A stretch of DNA of 64,000 bases from Octopus sinensis (Eukaryota). This document shows, one piece after another, positions 26,035 to 40,008 of this stretch; position 1 is the stretch's first letter; each line of letters begins with the position of its first letter. A program made the translations under genes and the position numbers. The notes below the pieces were generated by a model. That model made no database searches, had not been told where the DNA came from, and saw only the letters and a list, made by a program, of their open reading frames with translations. The stretch is from assembly GCF_006345805.1 (NCBI RefSeq), contig NC_043011.1, positions 53,208,464-53,272,463 on the forward strand, given 5' to 3'.

Positions 26035-26332
26035 ATTGCCAAACTGCTAAGTTACAGGGACGTGAACACACCAACACCGGTTGTCAAGCGATGGTGGGGG
26101 GACAAACACAGGCACACAAACATACACACACACACACACACACACACATATGTGTGTACATATATATACGACTGGCTTCTTTCAGTTTCTGTCTACCAAA
26201 TCCACTCACAAGGCTTTGGTCGGCCCGAGGCTATAGTTGAAGACACTTGCCCAAGGTGCCACGCAGTGGGATTGAACCCAGAACCATGTGGTTGGTAAGC
26301 AAGCTACTTACAACACAGCCACTCCTACACCT
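26035..26332 (-). mobile_element. SINE family A (5' part)
   Basis: Matches the family A head and core. Confidence 0.8.
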
Positions 26333-26335
26333 ATA

Positions 26336-26429
<94 letters not shown>

Positions 26430-26919
26430 ATATATCATCATCATCATGCTGATATATTGTTTTCATGCCAGCATGCGTTGTACAGTTAGACAGGATCTGT
26501 ACAGCGAGTGCTAATGTTAGCTTTGGCATGGTTTCTATGGCTGGATGCTCTTCCTAACATGTCCAGTGTGCCACATAATGGAATTGAACCTGAAACCATG
26601 TGGCAGGGGTGCATGTATGTGTGCTTGTGCTAGTCTCTCGTGGGTGCTGGTTTGTTTGCATCCCCACAACAGCAATTTGGTAAAAGGCGACTCATCAAAT
26701 ATGGAAAAGACTTCAAAAATATGTATTAGGGTCGTTTTATTGACTAAACCTTTTTTAAAATGGTCCCTCGGCTGTCCGAAGATTGAAACAACTAAAAGAA
26801 TACAGAATAAAGAAAAATATTTTGTATACATGCATACACACATATATGAGTGTGTGTGTGTGTGTGTGTGCATGTGCACATGTGTGTGTATGTGTTTGTA
26901 TTTATCTATAACTTTACAC

Positions 26920-27520
26920 TTTTCAGTGAGTCTTGTGAAGTAATTGGAATCAGTATATTCTGTCAAAGAAAGTCGTTCTAACTCTAACTCTTCCTCTTCT
27001 ACTTCCCCTACTTCTCTTACTCCCCTTCTTCTTCTCTCCTCCACACCTTTCTTCCTCTGTCTCCTGCTATTTTCTTTTTTTGTCTCCCCCTCTCCTTCTA
27101 CCTCCTCCTCACTCATCCTTCTCTTTCTCCTATCTGTCTGTCTTGCTGCGACTCACGGTCTTGCACCCACCTCTTAAGAGGATTTACTGATGATTGCAAG
27201 ATTGCAATCTAAGACACACTCTAGCTGATTGCCAGAATCTTACCAATTCCACATGACAACAACAACAACAACACCAACAACAATGGCGTTTTGGAATCTA
27301 TCACGTCAAAGCAATAATTTTTAACTCCAGTATTGAATCACATCTCGTCAATAATGGTAGCAGAGATTAAATTTCAAGAGTCTGCCCCATCTCTTCTTCC
27401 AATCAACTGTAGAAAGCAGCAGAGAAATTAATTCCTCAATGGTACTTGATAGTAGAATGGTAAACTCTTGGAGAGTGATAGGTGGGCGGTGTTCTATAAA
27501 GTTGGGTACCTTCTGACATT
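26920..27520. repeat. Triplicated conserved module, copy 2
   Basis: Same ordered blocks as 23500-24550. Confidence 0.85.
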
Positions 27521-27946
27521 GCAACAGTTTAATAGTGCTATGTAGTAAACATTTAATTAACAAATTAATTAATGTATGAATTAATTAATTAATTACTTCA
27601 GGTTGCCAGCTTATGCAGCATCCTCATCATCATTTGATGTCTGCTTTCCGTGCTGGTATGGACTGGATTGTTTGTCTGGAGCTGGCAATGTCAGGAGCCA
27701 CACCAGGCTCCATTGTCTATTTTGACATGGTTTCTATGGCTGGACGCCCTTCCTAATGCCAACCACTCCATAGAGTGTACTGGGTGCTTTTAATGTGGCA
27801 CCAGTACTGTTATGCAAATTATATAAATTTAGTTCTGTCTGTGTCTCTGTGTGTAAATAGCTTTAAGCTACTATTCTCTGTTGAAAGAGTATTTTTCTTT
27901 TACCTCTTAGGGAAGGAGTGGTATTGGCCATGACCTTTAATTTTTT

Positions 27947-28212
27947 CAGGGTCTCTGAGACTGGTGGAAAGAAGGACAGATGTTATCCTCAATTGATGAC
28001 CTGATCCAAATTCTTTTAGTAGAATAAATTCCAGCAAAGACTCTCAGGGACCAGGGTGGAGTGATAATAAACCAAATGACAGTCTGAGTCTATCATCCAA
28101 GAACTCAGAACACACAAAAAAAAGGACCAAATACCACAAGGTATTTTGCTCATTGTTTTAACAATACTGCCATTCCATTTCTGGAATTTTATCAATCCCA
28201 GAAGGATGAAAG
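27947..28212 (-). repeat. Left arm of a ~265 bp inverted duplication (partner 31132-31398)
   Basis: Its reverse complement is nearly identical to 31132-31398; the ORF track shows IKFQK.NGSIVKTMSKIPCGIWS on opposite strands. Confidence 0.9.
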
Positions 28213-28581
28213 ACAAAATTGATCTTGGTGAGATTTTAAACTCAGAACACAAGGAGCTGGAACAAATAAAATACCACAAGGTATCATCTTTGACCCTCCA
28301 ACAAGTTCACCAGTCTGTTACCCTAGGCCGGTCCTTTATTTTATTGACCCTGAGAGGCTGCATGTTAAAGTTTCCTGACACCCAGCTTGTGGGGAAACGG
28401 AAATGAGTGGGCAGGGAAATGAATGACACCACACACACACAGGCTTTTTCTTAGTTTCTATCTATTGAATCCACCCACACAGGCTCTGTTTGGCCTGGGG
28501 ACAATAGTATAAGACTCAGTAGGATTGAACCTGAAACCATGTGGTTGAAAAACAAATTTCTTAACCATGCAGTCATACCTG

Positions 28582-28745
28582 TGTGTGTGTGTGTCTTGTG
28601 TGTGCACGTGTGTGTGTGTGCATGTGTGTGTGTCTTGTGTGTGCACGTGTGTGTGTGTGCATGTGTGTGTGTCTTGTGTGTGCACGTGTGTGTGTGTGCA
28701 TGTGTGTGTGTCTTGTGTGTGCACGTGTGTGTGTGTGCATGTGTG
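28582..28745. repeat. 39-bp GT-rich minisatellite, ~4 copies
   Basis: The unit translates as [13 protein letters not shown], repeated. Confidence 0.85.
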
Positions 28746-29094
28746 TGTGTATTGTGTGCATGTGTGTGTGCATGTGTGTGTATTGTGTGTATTGTGTGTG
28801 AAGACATATGGTTAAATGGTTAGGTTAGTGGAGTATGTATGCATGTACATGTATGTGTGTGTGCACGTGTGTGTGCATGTATGTGTGTGCATGTATGTGT
28901 GTGCATGCATTCGTTTTAGTTTGTGTGTGTGTATTGTGTGTGTGAAGACGTATGGTTAAATGGTTAGATTAGAGGAGCGGAGTATGTATGCTTGTATGTG
29001 TGTGTGCATCTATGTGTGTGCATGCATTCATTTTAGTTTGTGTGTGTGTGTGTGTGTGTGTGTATCTATATGCATCTATAATGAAGTTAGGATT

Positions 29095-29429
29095 TCTCTT
29101 CTTTCGATAAGACACTTGTGAAATAGTTGGAACCAGAATATTCTGCCAAAGAATGCCATTCTAACATTTTCCACCGCCTCCTCCCCTTCCCCTCCTCCTC
29201 CTCCTCCTTTCGTCTGCTTCTCTTTCGTCTACTTCTTCTACCTCCTCGTTCTCTTCTCTCCCTTGTATCTTCCCATCCTGCCGTGGCTCATGGTCTTCTT
29301 GCACCTTCTTAAGAGGATTTAGTCATGATTGCAATCTAAGAGACACTCTAGCTGATTGCCAGAATCTTACCAATTCTGCATTCTAGACAACAACAACAAC
29401 AACAACAACATCATCATCATCATCGTCGT

Positions 29430-29463
<34 letters not shown>

Positions 29464-29660
29464 TGTTTTGGAATCTTCCACGTCAAAGCAAAGATACTGA
29501 CTGTAGTATTGATCCACATCTCGTCATTAGTGGCAACCAAGATTAACTTTTGATAGTCTTCTCTTCTCAATGGTGAAACGCCTTAATGGTAAAATGGTAA
29601 GATCTTTTCCAGTGATGGTGTATAAAATTGGAGGATTTCTAGCATTAGCTTTTTGGCATC
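29095..29660. repeat. Triplicated conserved module, copy 3
   Basis: Same ordered blocks as copies 1 and 2. Confidence 0.85.
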
Positions 29661-30088
29661 AGTTAAATAAATATATGGAACTGTTCTTAAAGTATCATGT
29701 GAATGTGAACTCCATATGAAGACTGGTTTAGTTCTAATAATGCTCTCTTGCCATTCTGCCAACCAACTGTCCCTTGCTATTCTGCCAACCAATTGCTACA
29801 CTAATAACCAATTGTCTTCTACAATATTAGATTCAATTTTTGGCACAAGGCCAGCAATTTTGGGGGAGGGTAAATTTATTACATTGATTCCAGTTCTCAA
29901 CTGGTGTTTATTTTATTGACACCGAAAGGATGAAAGGCAAAGTGACCTCAGTAGAATTTGAAATGCTACTAAGCATTCTGTACAGTGTGGTAAAGAATCT
30001 GCCAGCTTCCTGCTATCCAATGAAGCTAATAGTGGTTTCATATTTTGACACAGGGCCAGCAATTTTGGGGGAAGGGATAAGCCATTTA

Positions 30089-30630
30089 TTGGGTTGTCAA
30101 GAAAGTTCATGCCGATTTATAGTAGCTTACCTTTCAACTTATTTTAGAACATGGTTGAGTCCATAAAATAGGATTTGACTACACCTCCATTTAGAGCACA
30201 GTTTAAGCTATCTTTTCATGGAAGAAGGTTTTATGTCCCTATAACCTGTGTTAATTCTGTAACCCTTTAAAATGGAAGATAAGAAAGTTCATTTTCGGCA
30301 CTTGATGCTTTGGGAACCAGACAAAAATTGCTGCAGCTCCATATTCACCAGATATTGCTCCTTTGGATTTCCACTTATTTAGGTCTCTGCAGAATAGTCT
30401 TAATGGTAAAAATTTCAATTCCTTGGATGACGTAAAAAGATACCTTGATGAATTCTTTGCCATGAAATGACCTCAATTCTGGGAAGAGGGTATTTTCAAG
30501 TTAAAGGAAAGATGGAGACGCATTGTGCAACAAAATGGTTCATATTTGGTTGATTAAAAATGTAATGGCAAGTGTTTATTGACCTTTTTCTTTCCTTTAA
30601 AAATTGGCACAAACTTTCTGGACAATCCAA
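30089..30630 (+). mobile_element. Internally deleted mariner element
   Basis: TA|ttgggttgtc...gacaatccaa|TA with ~30 bp TIRs; internal PYSPDIAPLDFHLFRSLQNSLNGKNF...GIFKLKERWRRIVQQNGSY. Confidence 0.9.
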
Positions 30631-31131
30631 TACATCAACCCAAATGCTTAGCTAGTACTTATTTTATTGATATTGAATGGATGAAAGGCAAAGTCGACCT
30701 CAACAGCATTTGAACTCAAAATGTAAAGATGAATGAAATGCAATTAAGCATTTTGCCTGGTGTGCTAATGATTCTGCCAGCTCAGCGCCTTATGTCTTTT
30801 GCAATATTAACAACTAATGCAAGGCAGTGAGCTGGGAGAATTGTTAGCATGCCAGGCAAAATGCTTAGTGGTATTCCGTCTGCCATTATGTTCTGAGTTC
30901 AAATTCCACCAAGGTCAACTTTGCCTTTCATCCTTTTGGGGTCGATAAATAAAGTACCAGTTACACACTGGGATCTATATAATTGACTTAATCCGTTTGT
31001 CTGTCCTTGTTTATCCCCTCTGTGTTTGGCCCCTTGTGGGTAGTAAAGAAATAGGTATTCAGTCTGTCTTTACGTTCTAAGTTCAAGTTCCACTTTGCCT
31101 TTCACCCCTTCAGGGTAGATAAATTAAGTAG

Positions 31132-31398
31132 CTTTCATCCTTCAAGGATTGATAAAATTCCAGAAGCGGAATGGCAGCATTGTTAAAACAATGAGCAAAA
31201 TACCTTGTGGTATTTGGTCCTGTTTTTTTGTGTGTTCTGAGTTCTTGGATGATAGACTCAGACTGTCATTTGGTTTATTATCACTCCACCCTGGTCCCGG
31301 GGAGTCTTTGCTGGAGTTTATTCTACTAAAAGAATTTGGACCAGGTCATCAGTTGAGGATAACATCTGTCCTTCTTTCCACAATTCTCAGAGACCCTG
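31132..31398 (+). repeat. Right arm of the inverted duplication (partner 27947-28212)
   Basis: Nearly identical to the reverse complement of 27947-28212. Confidence 0.9.
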
Positions 31399-33099
31399 GG
31401 TCGAACTATGACAGCCCCCCCCCCCTCCTCAAAATTTTGGGCCTTGTGCCTAGAGTAGAAAAAAAATATTAACAACTTATTGTCTTTTGCTAGACTGCCA
31501 ACCAATAAGATTGTTTGTACGTGGTTATTTGAACTGCTAAAAATAGCAGCTAATTCTTTCTTTGTATCACACTAACCGGTCAACAACATTTAGATTTGGT
31601 AAATTAATACACAAAAGTTACAAGAAATGGAAAACAAGGAAGGAGATATAAATTGACTTTTGCCTTTGATCTTTTGTCTTTGATCTTTTACTCACATCAG
31701 TCATTGGACTGTGGCCATACTGGAGTATCACTTTGATGGGTTTAGCTGAACAAATTGACCATAGGACTTATTTTTTAAGCCTGGTACTTAATCTATCGAT
31801 CTGTGTGTGTATGTGTGTGGGTGCATGTGTCTGTGTGTGCATGTACATGTGTGTATGTGTGTGTCTGTGCATGTGTGTGTGTGCATGTGCATGTGTGTGT
31901 ATACATGTGTGTGTGTATATGTACATGTGTGTGTATGAGTGTATCTGTGTGTGTATGTGTATGTGTGTGGGTTCATGTGTGTGTGTGTGTGTATGTGTGT
32001 GTGTGTGTGTGGTGTGTGTGTGTGTGTGTGTGTATGTGTGCATGCGTGCATATATGTATATGTGTGGATGTGTGCGCCTGCAACTATATTTGTGTTTTCC
32101 TGTGTAAACCAGTGTAGTGAATTATGTCTCTTAATTAAACATGTAACTTAGCAATTCGATAAATAGAGATCAATAAAATAATTACCAGATAACTGGAGTT
32201 GACAGAATCAGTGACATAATCAGCTAAAACCTTTTGAAACCAATAAAAGACTATGAAAGCAATATATTTAAAACTGTCTCGCTATTGAATGAATCTCAGA
32301 GAACAACGACCTAGGAACAATTTTTTGTAATGCAGTCAGTCGTTTCTACTTTCACTTTTGCTAGTAATTTGTTAATGGTTGTCAAACTAATATGTCTGTT
32401 ATATCATTTTTTTTGTCTAAACTATAAGTATTCTCTGCATGGCTGTCAGTTTGTCACAGTTGTTCTAGTGGCACAGGTACTCTGCCAGTTACAATGACAA
32501 AGGTTCTAGCTGATCTGAAATTAATGGGCCACTGGCACATTAATTGAGAGAGAGAGTTCAAATTCCACCGAGGTCGACTTTGCCTCTCATCCTTTCGGGG
32601 TCGATAAATCTAGTACCAGTTATGCACTGGGGTCGATGTAATTGACTTAATCCCTTTGTCTGTCCTTGTTTGTCCCCTCTATGTTTAGCCCCCTTGTGAA
32701 CAATAAAGATATAAGCCTGCTTGTGAAATTAATGTGCTAGTGGCTGAGCACTCCACAGGCACATGTACCCTTAATGTAGCCCTCAAGGATATTCAGCATG
32801 ACATAGAATATACTAGCTGAGTGGACTGGAGCAATGTGAAATAAAGTGTCTTACTCAAGGATTCAGCGCACTGCCAGGAATTGAACTCACAACCTTAAGA
32901 TTACAAAGCTATGCACCTTCACCGTTCTGGTAACAGCAAAGTTAAATAATTGCTGAACAACGTCTGAATAATGCTTACAGTCAGATCAATATTTGCATTG
33001 TGAAAGGCATCAATCTGGCAGAATCGTTAGGATACCAGGCAAAATGCTTAGTGGCATTGTATACAGTGTACTACAATTCAGCACTATATACAATAAGTA

Positions 33100-33490
33100 G
33101 GGAGTGGCTGTGTGGTAAGTAGCTTGCTTACCAACCACATGGTTCTGGGTTCAGTCCCACTGCGTGGCACCTTGGGCAAGTGTCTTCAACTATAGCCTCG
33201 GGCTGATCAAAGCCTTGTGAGTGGATTTGGTAGACGGAAACTGAAAGAAGTCCGTGGTATATATATATTTGTGTGTGTGTTTGTGTGTCTGTGTTTGTCC
33301 CCCCCAACATCGCTTGACAACCGATGCTGGTGTGTTTACGCCCCCGTAACTTAGCATTTCGGCAAAAGAGTCCAATAGAATAAGTACTAGGCTTACAAAA
33401 AATAAGTCCAGGGGTCGATTTCATCGACTAAAGGCAGTGCTCCAGCATGGCCACAGTCAAGTGACTGAAACAAGTAAAAGAGTAAAAGAG
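33100..33490 (+). mobile_element. SINE family A, full length
   Basis: Head gagtggctgtgtggtaag...gggttcagtccc (A/B-box-like), core, and tail aagtaaaagagtaaaagag. Confidence 0.9.
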
Positions 33491-34480
33491 TATACCCACT
33501 AAAATTGCTGGCCTTGCACCAACATTTGAAATTATTATTGTCGTTTTATCATTATTATCATCTACTTTATCCAATATGTCCTTCTTTTCTAAGACAGTAG
33601 AATGTGATTAGAGGTGAATGCAGATTAACTGTTATTTCTAACAAGTCAAACAACTGTGCAGAGGCTCTTCTTCGTCAATGCTGCTAAATTCTAAACAGAA
33701 TATACAAACCTTATTTGGTTCATTACCCAGAAGTTTCATTCTGTAAGTGATTAATCTTCCAGTCTTAATTTTTATCACCTTTAATTAACTTCACACCTGT
33801 CAAAGCCATTTTTCTTCTCATTTAATTTAACCCAACTGCTTTCATGCATGTCAATGAGTACATAATTATTCTTCATGTCAATAATGGTATTTTCCCTTAA
33901 TTCCTCACTACTTTCTTACCTACCCATTGACTCTTAGCTCACCTGTCACTGTCTCTCAATGCACCTGTCTTCTGATTTCTGATTCTCAGTTCTACTCATT
34001 ACTAACATGCTCAACTCACCAGTTACCAACTAAATGACTTTTTTCTTATGTATTCACCTCAATACCACATAGCTTTGTCTCACTTGTCAATAATGAATTT
34101 TCCTGTTCAACTATTCAACTGTGAATTCTTAGTTTCTCACCTGTCTACTGTTATTTCTCACCTTCACAAAATAGCATCTCAATACTAGACATCTCTTTCA
34201 CCTGTTTTGCCAGTAATTGCTCCTCTTCAACAATTCCCTAGCATATTTCATCAATGACTATATTTTACCCATCTTTACTTTGATCTTTCCAACATCATTT
34301 GTGTTTTCCTCTCTTCACAAAATTTAGGAACCCCACTACACACATTACTTGTATATTTAGTGGTGGGAGTAGGGAGTACTCGACCCCATTTCTTGTAAGA
34401 ACTCAATACTGTTACATGTTATCACTTTCCACAGAGATTTACTTTTTGCCTTTCTCTCTCTCTCTCAATTTCTCCATCTT

Positions 34481-34712
34481 ATTTCTTTATTGTCCACAAG
34501 GGGTTAAACATAGAGGGGACAAACAAGGACAGACAAAGGGATTAAGTCGATTACATCGACTCCAGTGCGTAACTGGTACTTAATTTATCGACCCTGGAAG
34601 GATGAAAGGCAAAGTCGACCTCAGCAGAATTTGAACTCAGAACGAAACAGCAGACGAAATACCACTAAGCATTTCACCCAGCATGCTAACGTTTCTGCCA
34701 GCTCGCTGCCTT
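34481..34712 (-). mobile_element. SINE family B
   Basis: Family B sequence flanked by a ccatctt direct repeat. Confidence 0.85.
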
Positions 34713-35053
34713 ACACCATCTTGCATCGTCATCATCGTGATTGTCACCATTGTCATCATCATCATCATCGTCGTCGTCATCGTCATCATCATCACTACCT
34801 CCTAGAGACCAGTGTAATTCAGTGTGCTGAATGGCATCTCTTTTAGTTAAACCTGTAATGTAGCAATTTGCCAAATAGAGATCAACAAAATAATTACCAG
34901 AACACAAAACATGTCTCTAGGAAAACGTTACTCTGATACAAAACCAGAACTGAAGATAATGGCATTTGACATTCTGGGGTCTTTTGTTTTCACTTGAGAT
35001 CATGGCACTTCCACATACCTGAACCTATATCACATTTTGGCACTGGATATCTT

Positions 35054-35282
35054 ATTTCCTTATTGCCACAAGGGGCTAAACACAGAGGGGACAAACAAGG
35101 ACAGACAAAGGGATTAAGTCGATTACATCGACCCCAGTGTGTAACTGGTACTTAATTTATTGAACTCGAAAGGATGAAAGGCAAAGTTGCTCTCGGTGGA
35201 ATTTGAAATCAGAACGTAAAGACAGACGAAATACCGCTAAGCATTTCGCCCGGCGTGCTAATGTTTCTGCCAGCTCGCCACC
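35054..35282 (-). mobile_element. SINE family B with 17-bp TSD
   Basis: ttggcactggatatctt at 35037-35053 and 35283-35299. Confidence 0.9.
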
Positions 35283-35916
35283 TTGGCACTGGATATCTTG
35301 CCTTGGCTTGTCTCTGGATCATGCCAATTGGATGGAGAGGGCCTTTGAGGTGCTGTGCAAGCCTTATTGAACCAAAAATTCAAGATTGTATGATCACTGG
35401 TGAGACGACTTTCCAATTCCCACTTGAGTAGGAGGGTGCCGCAGCAAGCTTGGAAGCCACAAGCACCTGCCTGAGTTAAGCCAGCTTCAGGTGCAATAAC
35501 CTCATGCATAGGCATTGCTGTCATTTTGCGTGAGCAATGGTCAGTGATGGTCATCTTTGGTCAGGAGTGAACGGCTATCATATGTATATTCTTTTATTCT
35601 TTTACTCGTTTCAGTCATTTGACTGTGCCCATACTGGAGCACCACCTTAAAGGGTTTTAGTCCGAAGAAATTGACCCCAGGACTTATTCTTTGTAAGCCT
35701 AGTACTTATTCTATCAGTCTCTTTTGCTGAACTGCGAAGTTACAGGGGCATAAGCACACCAACATCGATTGTCAAGTGGTGGCAGGGGTGGGGAACAAAC
35801 ACAGACACACACACACACATACACACATAAATACACACACACACACACACATATACATGTATTGTTGGCGATTTTCTTCCTCCGTCTTCTCTTCCTTGGA
35901 CCTTTCCTTTTTCTAT

Positions 35917-35951
35917 GTTTCTGACGAAGAGCTCCGCTCGAAATGTTGAAT
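35917..35951 (+). ncRNA. Minimal hammerhead-like motif in a Penelope-like fragment (~35860-36055)
   Basis: gttt-CTGACGA-a-gagc(tcc)gctc-GAAA-tg-TT-gaat. The core is intact; stems I and III are weakened. Confidence 0.6.
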
Positions 35952-36089
35952 CCTCTTTCTTTTCTTTCCTTTCCTGAGCGTCCAATAACACTATACTTGT
36001 TCCACATCTTCGTGTTGTGTTTTCTCTTTGTGTTTTCATGTTTGGATTAACTACATACAAAACAAATCAAAATAGATGAACATCAATGG

Positions 36090-36539
36090 AATTTGTATCT
36101 TTGTGGCACACAAGAAAACCATCCGAGCGTAACCATAGCCAGTACCGCATCGACTGGCCTCCGTGCTGTGGGCACGTAACAAACACCATCCGATCGTGGC
36201 CGTTCACCAGCCTCATCTGGCACCTGTGTCGGTGGCACATAAAAAACACCATCCGAGCGTGGCCGTCTGCCAGCCTCGTCTGGCACCTGTGTCGGTGGCA
36301 CAAAAAACACCATCCGAGCATGGCCGTTCGCCAGCCTCGTCTGGCACCCGTGTTGGTGGCACATAAAATCACCCACTACATTCTCGGAGTGGTTGGCATT
36401 AGGAAGGGCATCCAGCTGTAGAAACACTGCCAGATCTGACTGGCCTGGTGCAGCCTTCGGGCTCCCCAGACCCCAGTTGAACCGTCCAACCCATTCTAGC
36501 ATGGAAAGCGGACGTTAAATGATGATGATGATGATGATG

Positions 36540-36540
<1 letters not shown>
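36090..36540 (+). mobile_element. RTE 3' UTR with ~60 bp tandem repeat and (ATG)n tail
   Basis: About 4 copies of aaacaccatccgagcgtggccgt..gccagcctcgtctggcacctgtgtcggtggcac, then ...ggacgttaaatgatgatg. Confidence 0.75.
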
Positions 36541-36592
<52 letters not shown>

Positions 36593-37385
36593 TTTCTTTC
36601 AGTTTCCATCTACCAGATCCACTCACAAGGCTTTAGTCGGCCTGAGGCTATAGTAGTAGAAGACACTTTCCCAAGATGCCATGCAGTGGGACTGAACTCA
36701 GAACCATGTGCTTCTGAGTTCTTACCACACAGTCACACTTGTGCCTATATATATATGTGTGTACTCATTTCTTGGCCTGCTTGCCAAGCCAGTGGGGTAA
36801 CATCATTTGAAAGCCACAACAATGCTATGAAGCATATTGTAACCAGCATTTAATAACAACATCTCACAGTCTGGTTCATATGTCAATTCAGTGATATTCA
36901 TTTTCACTTGACATCTGCCACGATTCTTAGTTATTATTATTTTTTGTCCTTCATCACTAAACGATAGGTATCACCTGAGATGTCAGATTCTCTTCTTTGT
37001 CTTCCTTTGGTGTACTGAGCTTCATTGTACACATCTTTGGTTAAATTTTTGCTTTATATTTCTACGCTTTTCAGGAACGTATTTTTTTTGCTTGTCCAAC
37101 TCAGTATAGTATTTTTTTCTGTTTTTTTTTCTTTCACTCAAATTTTATTCATGTTTTTTGATTGACCATAACAACTGCATACACACACACATGCACACAC
37201 ACACACACACACTGCACAAAAGCAGAAGAGACAGGACTCAATACAGATATCTGTAACAATATACAGAGCAATATATTGCAATATATAAAAATGTTTTCTA
37301 TATTGCAATGAAATCTTTTTCATCTTACTGATGACATTGTTAATTCAATAGGAACTTGCTGAGATCTGATAACCAGTTATTTGTG

Positions 37386-37417
<32 letters not shown>

Positions 37418-37534
37418 TGTATGTATGTGTGCGTGTGTGCATGAGTATGTGTGTGAATGAGTATGAACGTATGTATATGTTTGTACACATACATGTGTGT
37501 ATGTATGTGTGTGTCTATATATACATATGTGCAT

Positions 37535-37573
<39 letters not shown>

Positions 37574-37641
37574 AACATATATATACATATATATATATAT
37601 ATTACACATATATATACATTATATATATATATATACAACAT

Positions 37642-37675
<34 letters not shown>

Positions 37676-37759
37676 ATATACATATATATATATATATACA
37701 ATTGTTCGTCTGTTTTCCACCTGCCTTCGTCTTTTGTCTATTTTCATAAAGCTTCCCGT

Positions 37760-37790
<31 letters not shown>

Positions 37791-38199
37791 GTATTTATGT
37801 GCATATATATGTGTGTATATGTAAGTGTGTGTGTGTATGTTTAATTTAAATGTAATATATACCTTTATATATAGATATAATTATTGTTTTCTTTGTTTTA
37901 TCATAGCTAACATCATAGCCTTCATATACTCAATAAACGCAGTTTTATACAACCCCCCTCACCCTCTCTCACTCAATCTGTTTATCTTGTCCTTTCTCTC
38001 CTCCTCCTCTTTCTCTCTAAGTGTACTGGATATCAAACTAAATTCACCCCCACCCCCACCCCCACTTTCATTACAGACCTTCCACCATTATTGTTCCATG
38101 TTTCCTTGTCTTGCATCACTGGTCCTTTGCACCTGTTCTACCTTCACTATTACCTATGTGCAATATTGCAATAAATTTGCCACGTGCAATATTATCTCG

Positions 38200-39500
38200 G
38201 CACATGAAGTACACATTCTCTCCAATCACTGCTGAACATCTACATTCACAGCCCAATATTTCACAACCATGTGGTTTCACATTTCTAACATATCCAATAG
38301 ATACTTGCTCACTGCTTCCTGTTTCATCATCATGCAGTTTTGAATCTCTGACACATTCATCGTACAGCTTCTCCAATGACTGCGGAATCTCTTCATTCAC
38401 TGCTACATGTTTCACTGTCATGTGGTATCACATTTTTGACATATACATCATTGTAGTCCCTCTAATCACTGCTAAACCTCTACATTCATTGATCCATGTT
38501 TCATGGCCATACAGAATTAATTTGTGACTTTACACATATATCGAACAAACTCTCCTATTTTCAGAATTTCACTGCTACATGTTTTACAATCACATAGTAT
38601 CACATTTTTTATCCATACCTCTACATTCACTGCTTTATGCTTCATGACCATACAGTATCAAATTTGTGACTTTTAAACAGAGTATGATATATAAACACAC
38701 AATCCCTCCTATAACTCTGGAATCTCTACATTCACTGCTACATGTTTAACTGTCATGTATCACATTTCTAACACATATATTATGCAGCCTTTCCATTGAG
38801 TGCAGAATCTCCACATTTATGGCTACAGCTGGCAGAAACGTTCAAATTCCGCCGAGGTTGATTTTGCCTTTCATCCTTTCGGGGTCGATTAAATAAGTAC
38901 CAGTTACGCACTGGGGCCGATATAATCGACTTAATCTGTTTGTCTGTCCTTGTTTGTCCTCTCTGTGTTTAGCCCCTTGTGGGTAGTAAAGAAATATATA
39001 TTTTTGACACATGCCTCTACATTCACTGATCCATGTTTCATGAACATACAGTATCAAATTTTTGACATCATACGGTCTCTCTAATCACCGTAGGATTTTT
39101 TCATTCACTGCTACATGTTTCACTGTCATGTAGCATCACATTTTCAACACATCTTTATACTTCCTCCAATCGCTTCCAACCCTATGCTCACTGCTCCACC
39201 TCACATGGTTATAAGATCTCTACACATATATCATGCAGTCTCTCCAATCACTGTCAAAAAACCCACTACATTCACAAATACATGTTTTACTATCAAGTAG
39301 TATCACATTTCTGATGTACATTATACAGCCTCTTCAATGACTTCAGAATCTCTACACCCATTGCTACATGTTTCACTGTTATGTAATACAGCATTTTTGA
39401 CACAAACATCTTTATAGTCCTTCAAATCACTGCCAAACTTCTCCATTCATTGCTCCACGTTTCACAGCCATAACGTAACGAATTTGTGACATATACGCAT
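38200..39500. repeat. Old diverged tandem repeat, interrupted by SINE B (~38830-38995)
   Basis: Recurring tctctacattcactgctacatgtttcactgtcatg..gtatcacatttttgaca motif. Confidence 0.75.
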
Positions 39501-39927
39501 ACATCATACATCGTAAAATAAGCTTCCTAGCTTGCATATCCCTCATCATTCAAAAAGAAACCAAACTGATACGCAATCCTAACCACAAGAAATGCTTTAT
39601 GAATGGCAAGGAAATAACATTGAAATTGTTATTGTGAAATGGAATTTATATCCATTCTTCCAAATACCGAACGTTGTTTGGACATTCCAATATTCAGAAG
39701 CAAACACACACACATGTATGCATCTGCTCCTCAGTGCAAACACAACTGAGCTGATATTGTTGGAGACAATAGCACCATACACACACACACACACACACAC
39801 ACCATGTATGTGTAAAATAAGAACATCTATAAGAAGATAATTTAGAAACCTGCTGGTCCTGAAGTTAAACTATAGATTCACACTTACACACATATGTGTA
39901 TTACCACCACCATCATCATTGCTGTTG

Positions 39928-40008
<81 letters not shown>

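Noticed and set aside
29367-29570. Leu-rich ORF as a secreted-peptide gene
   Set aside because: The frame is not conserved in the two paralogous modules, and the hydrophobic run is a CAG/CAA microsatellite.
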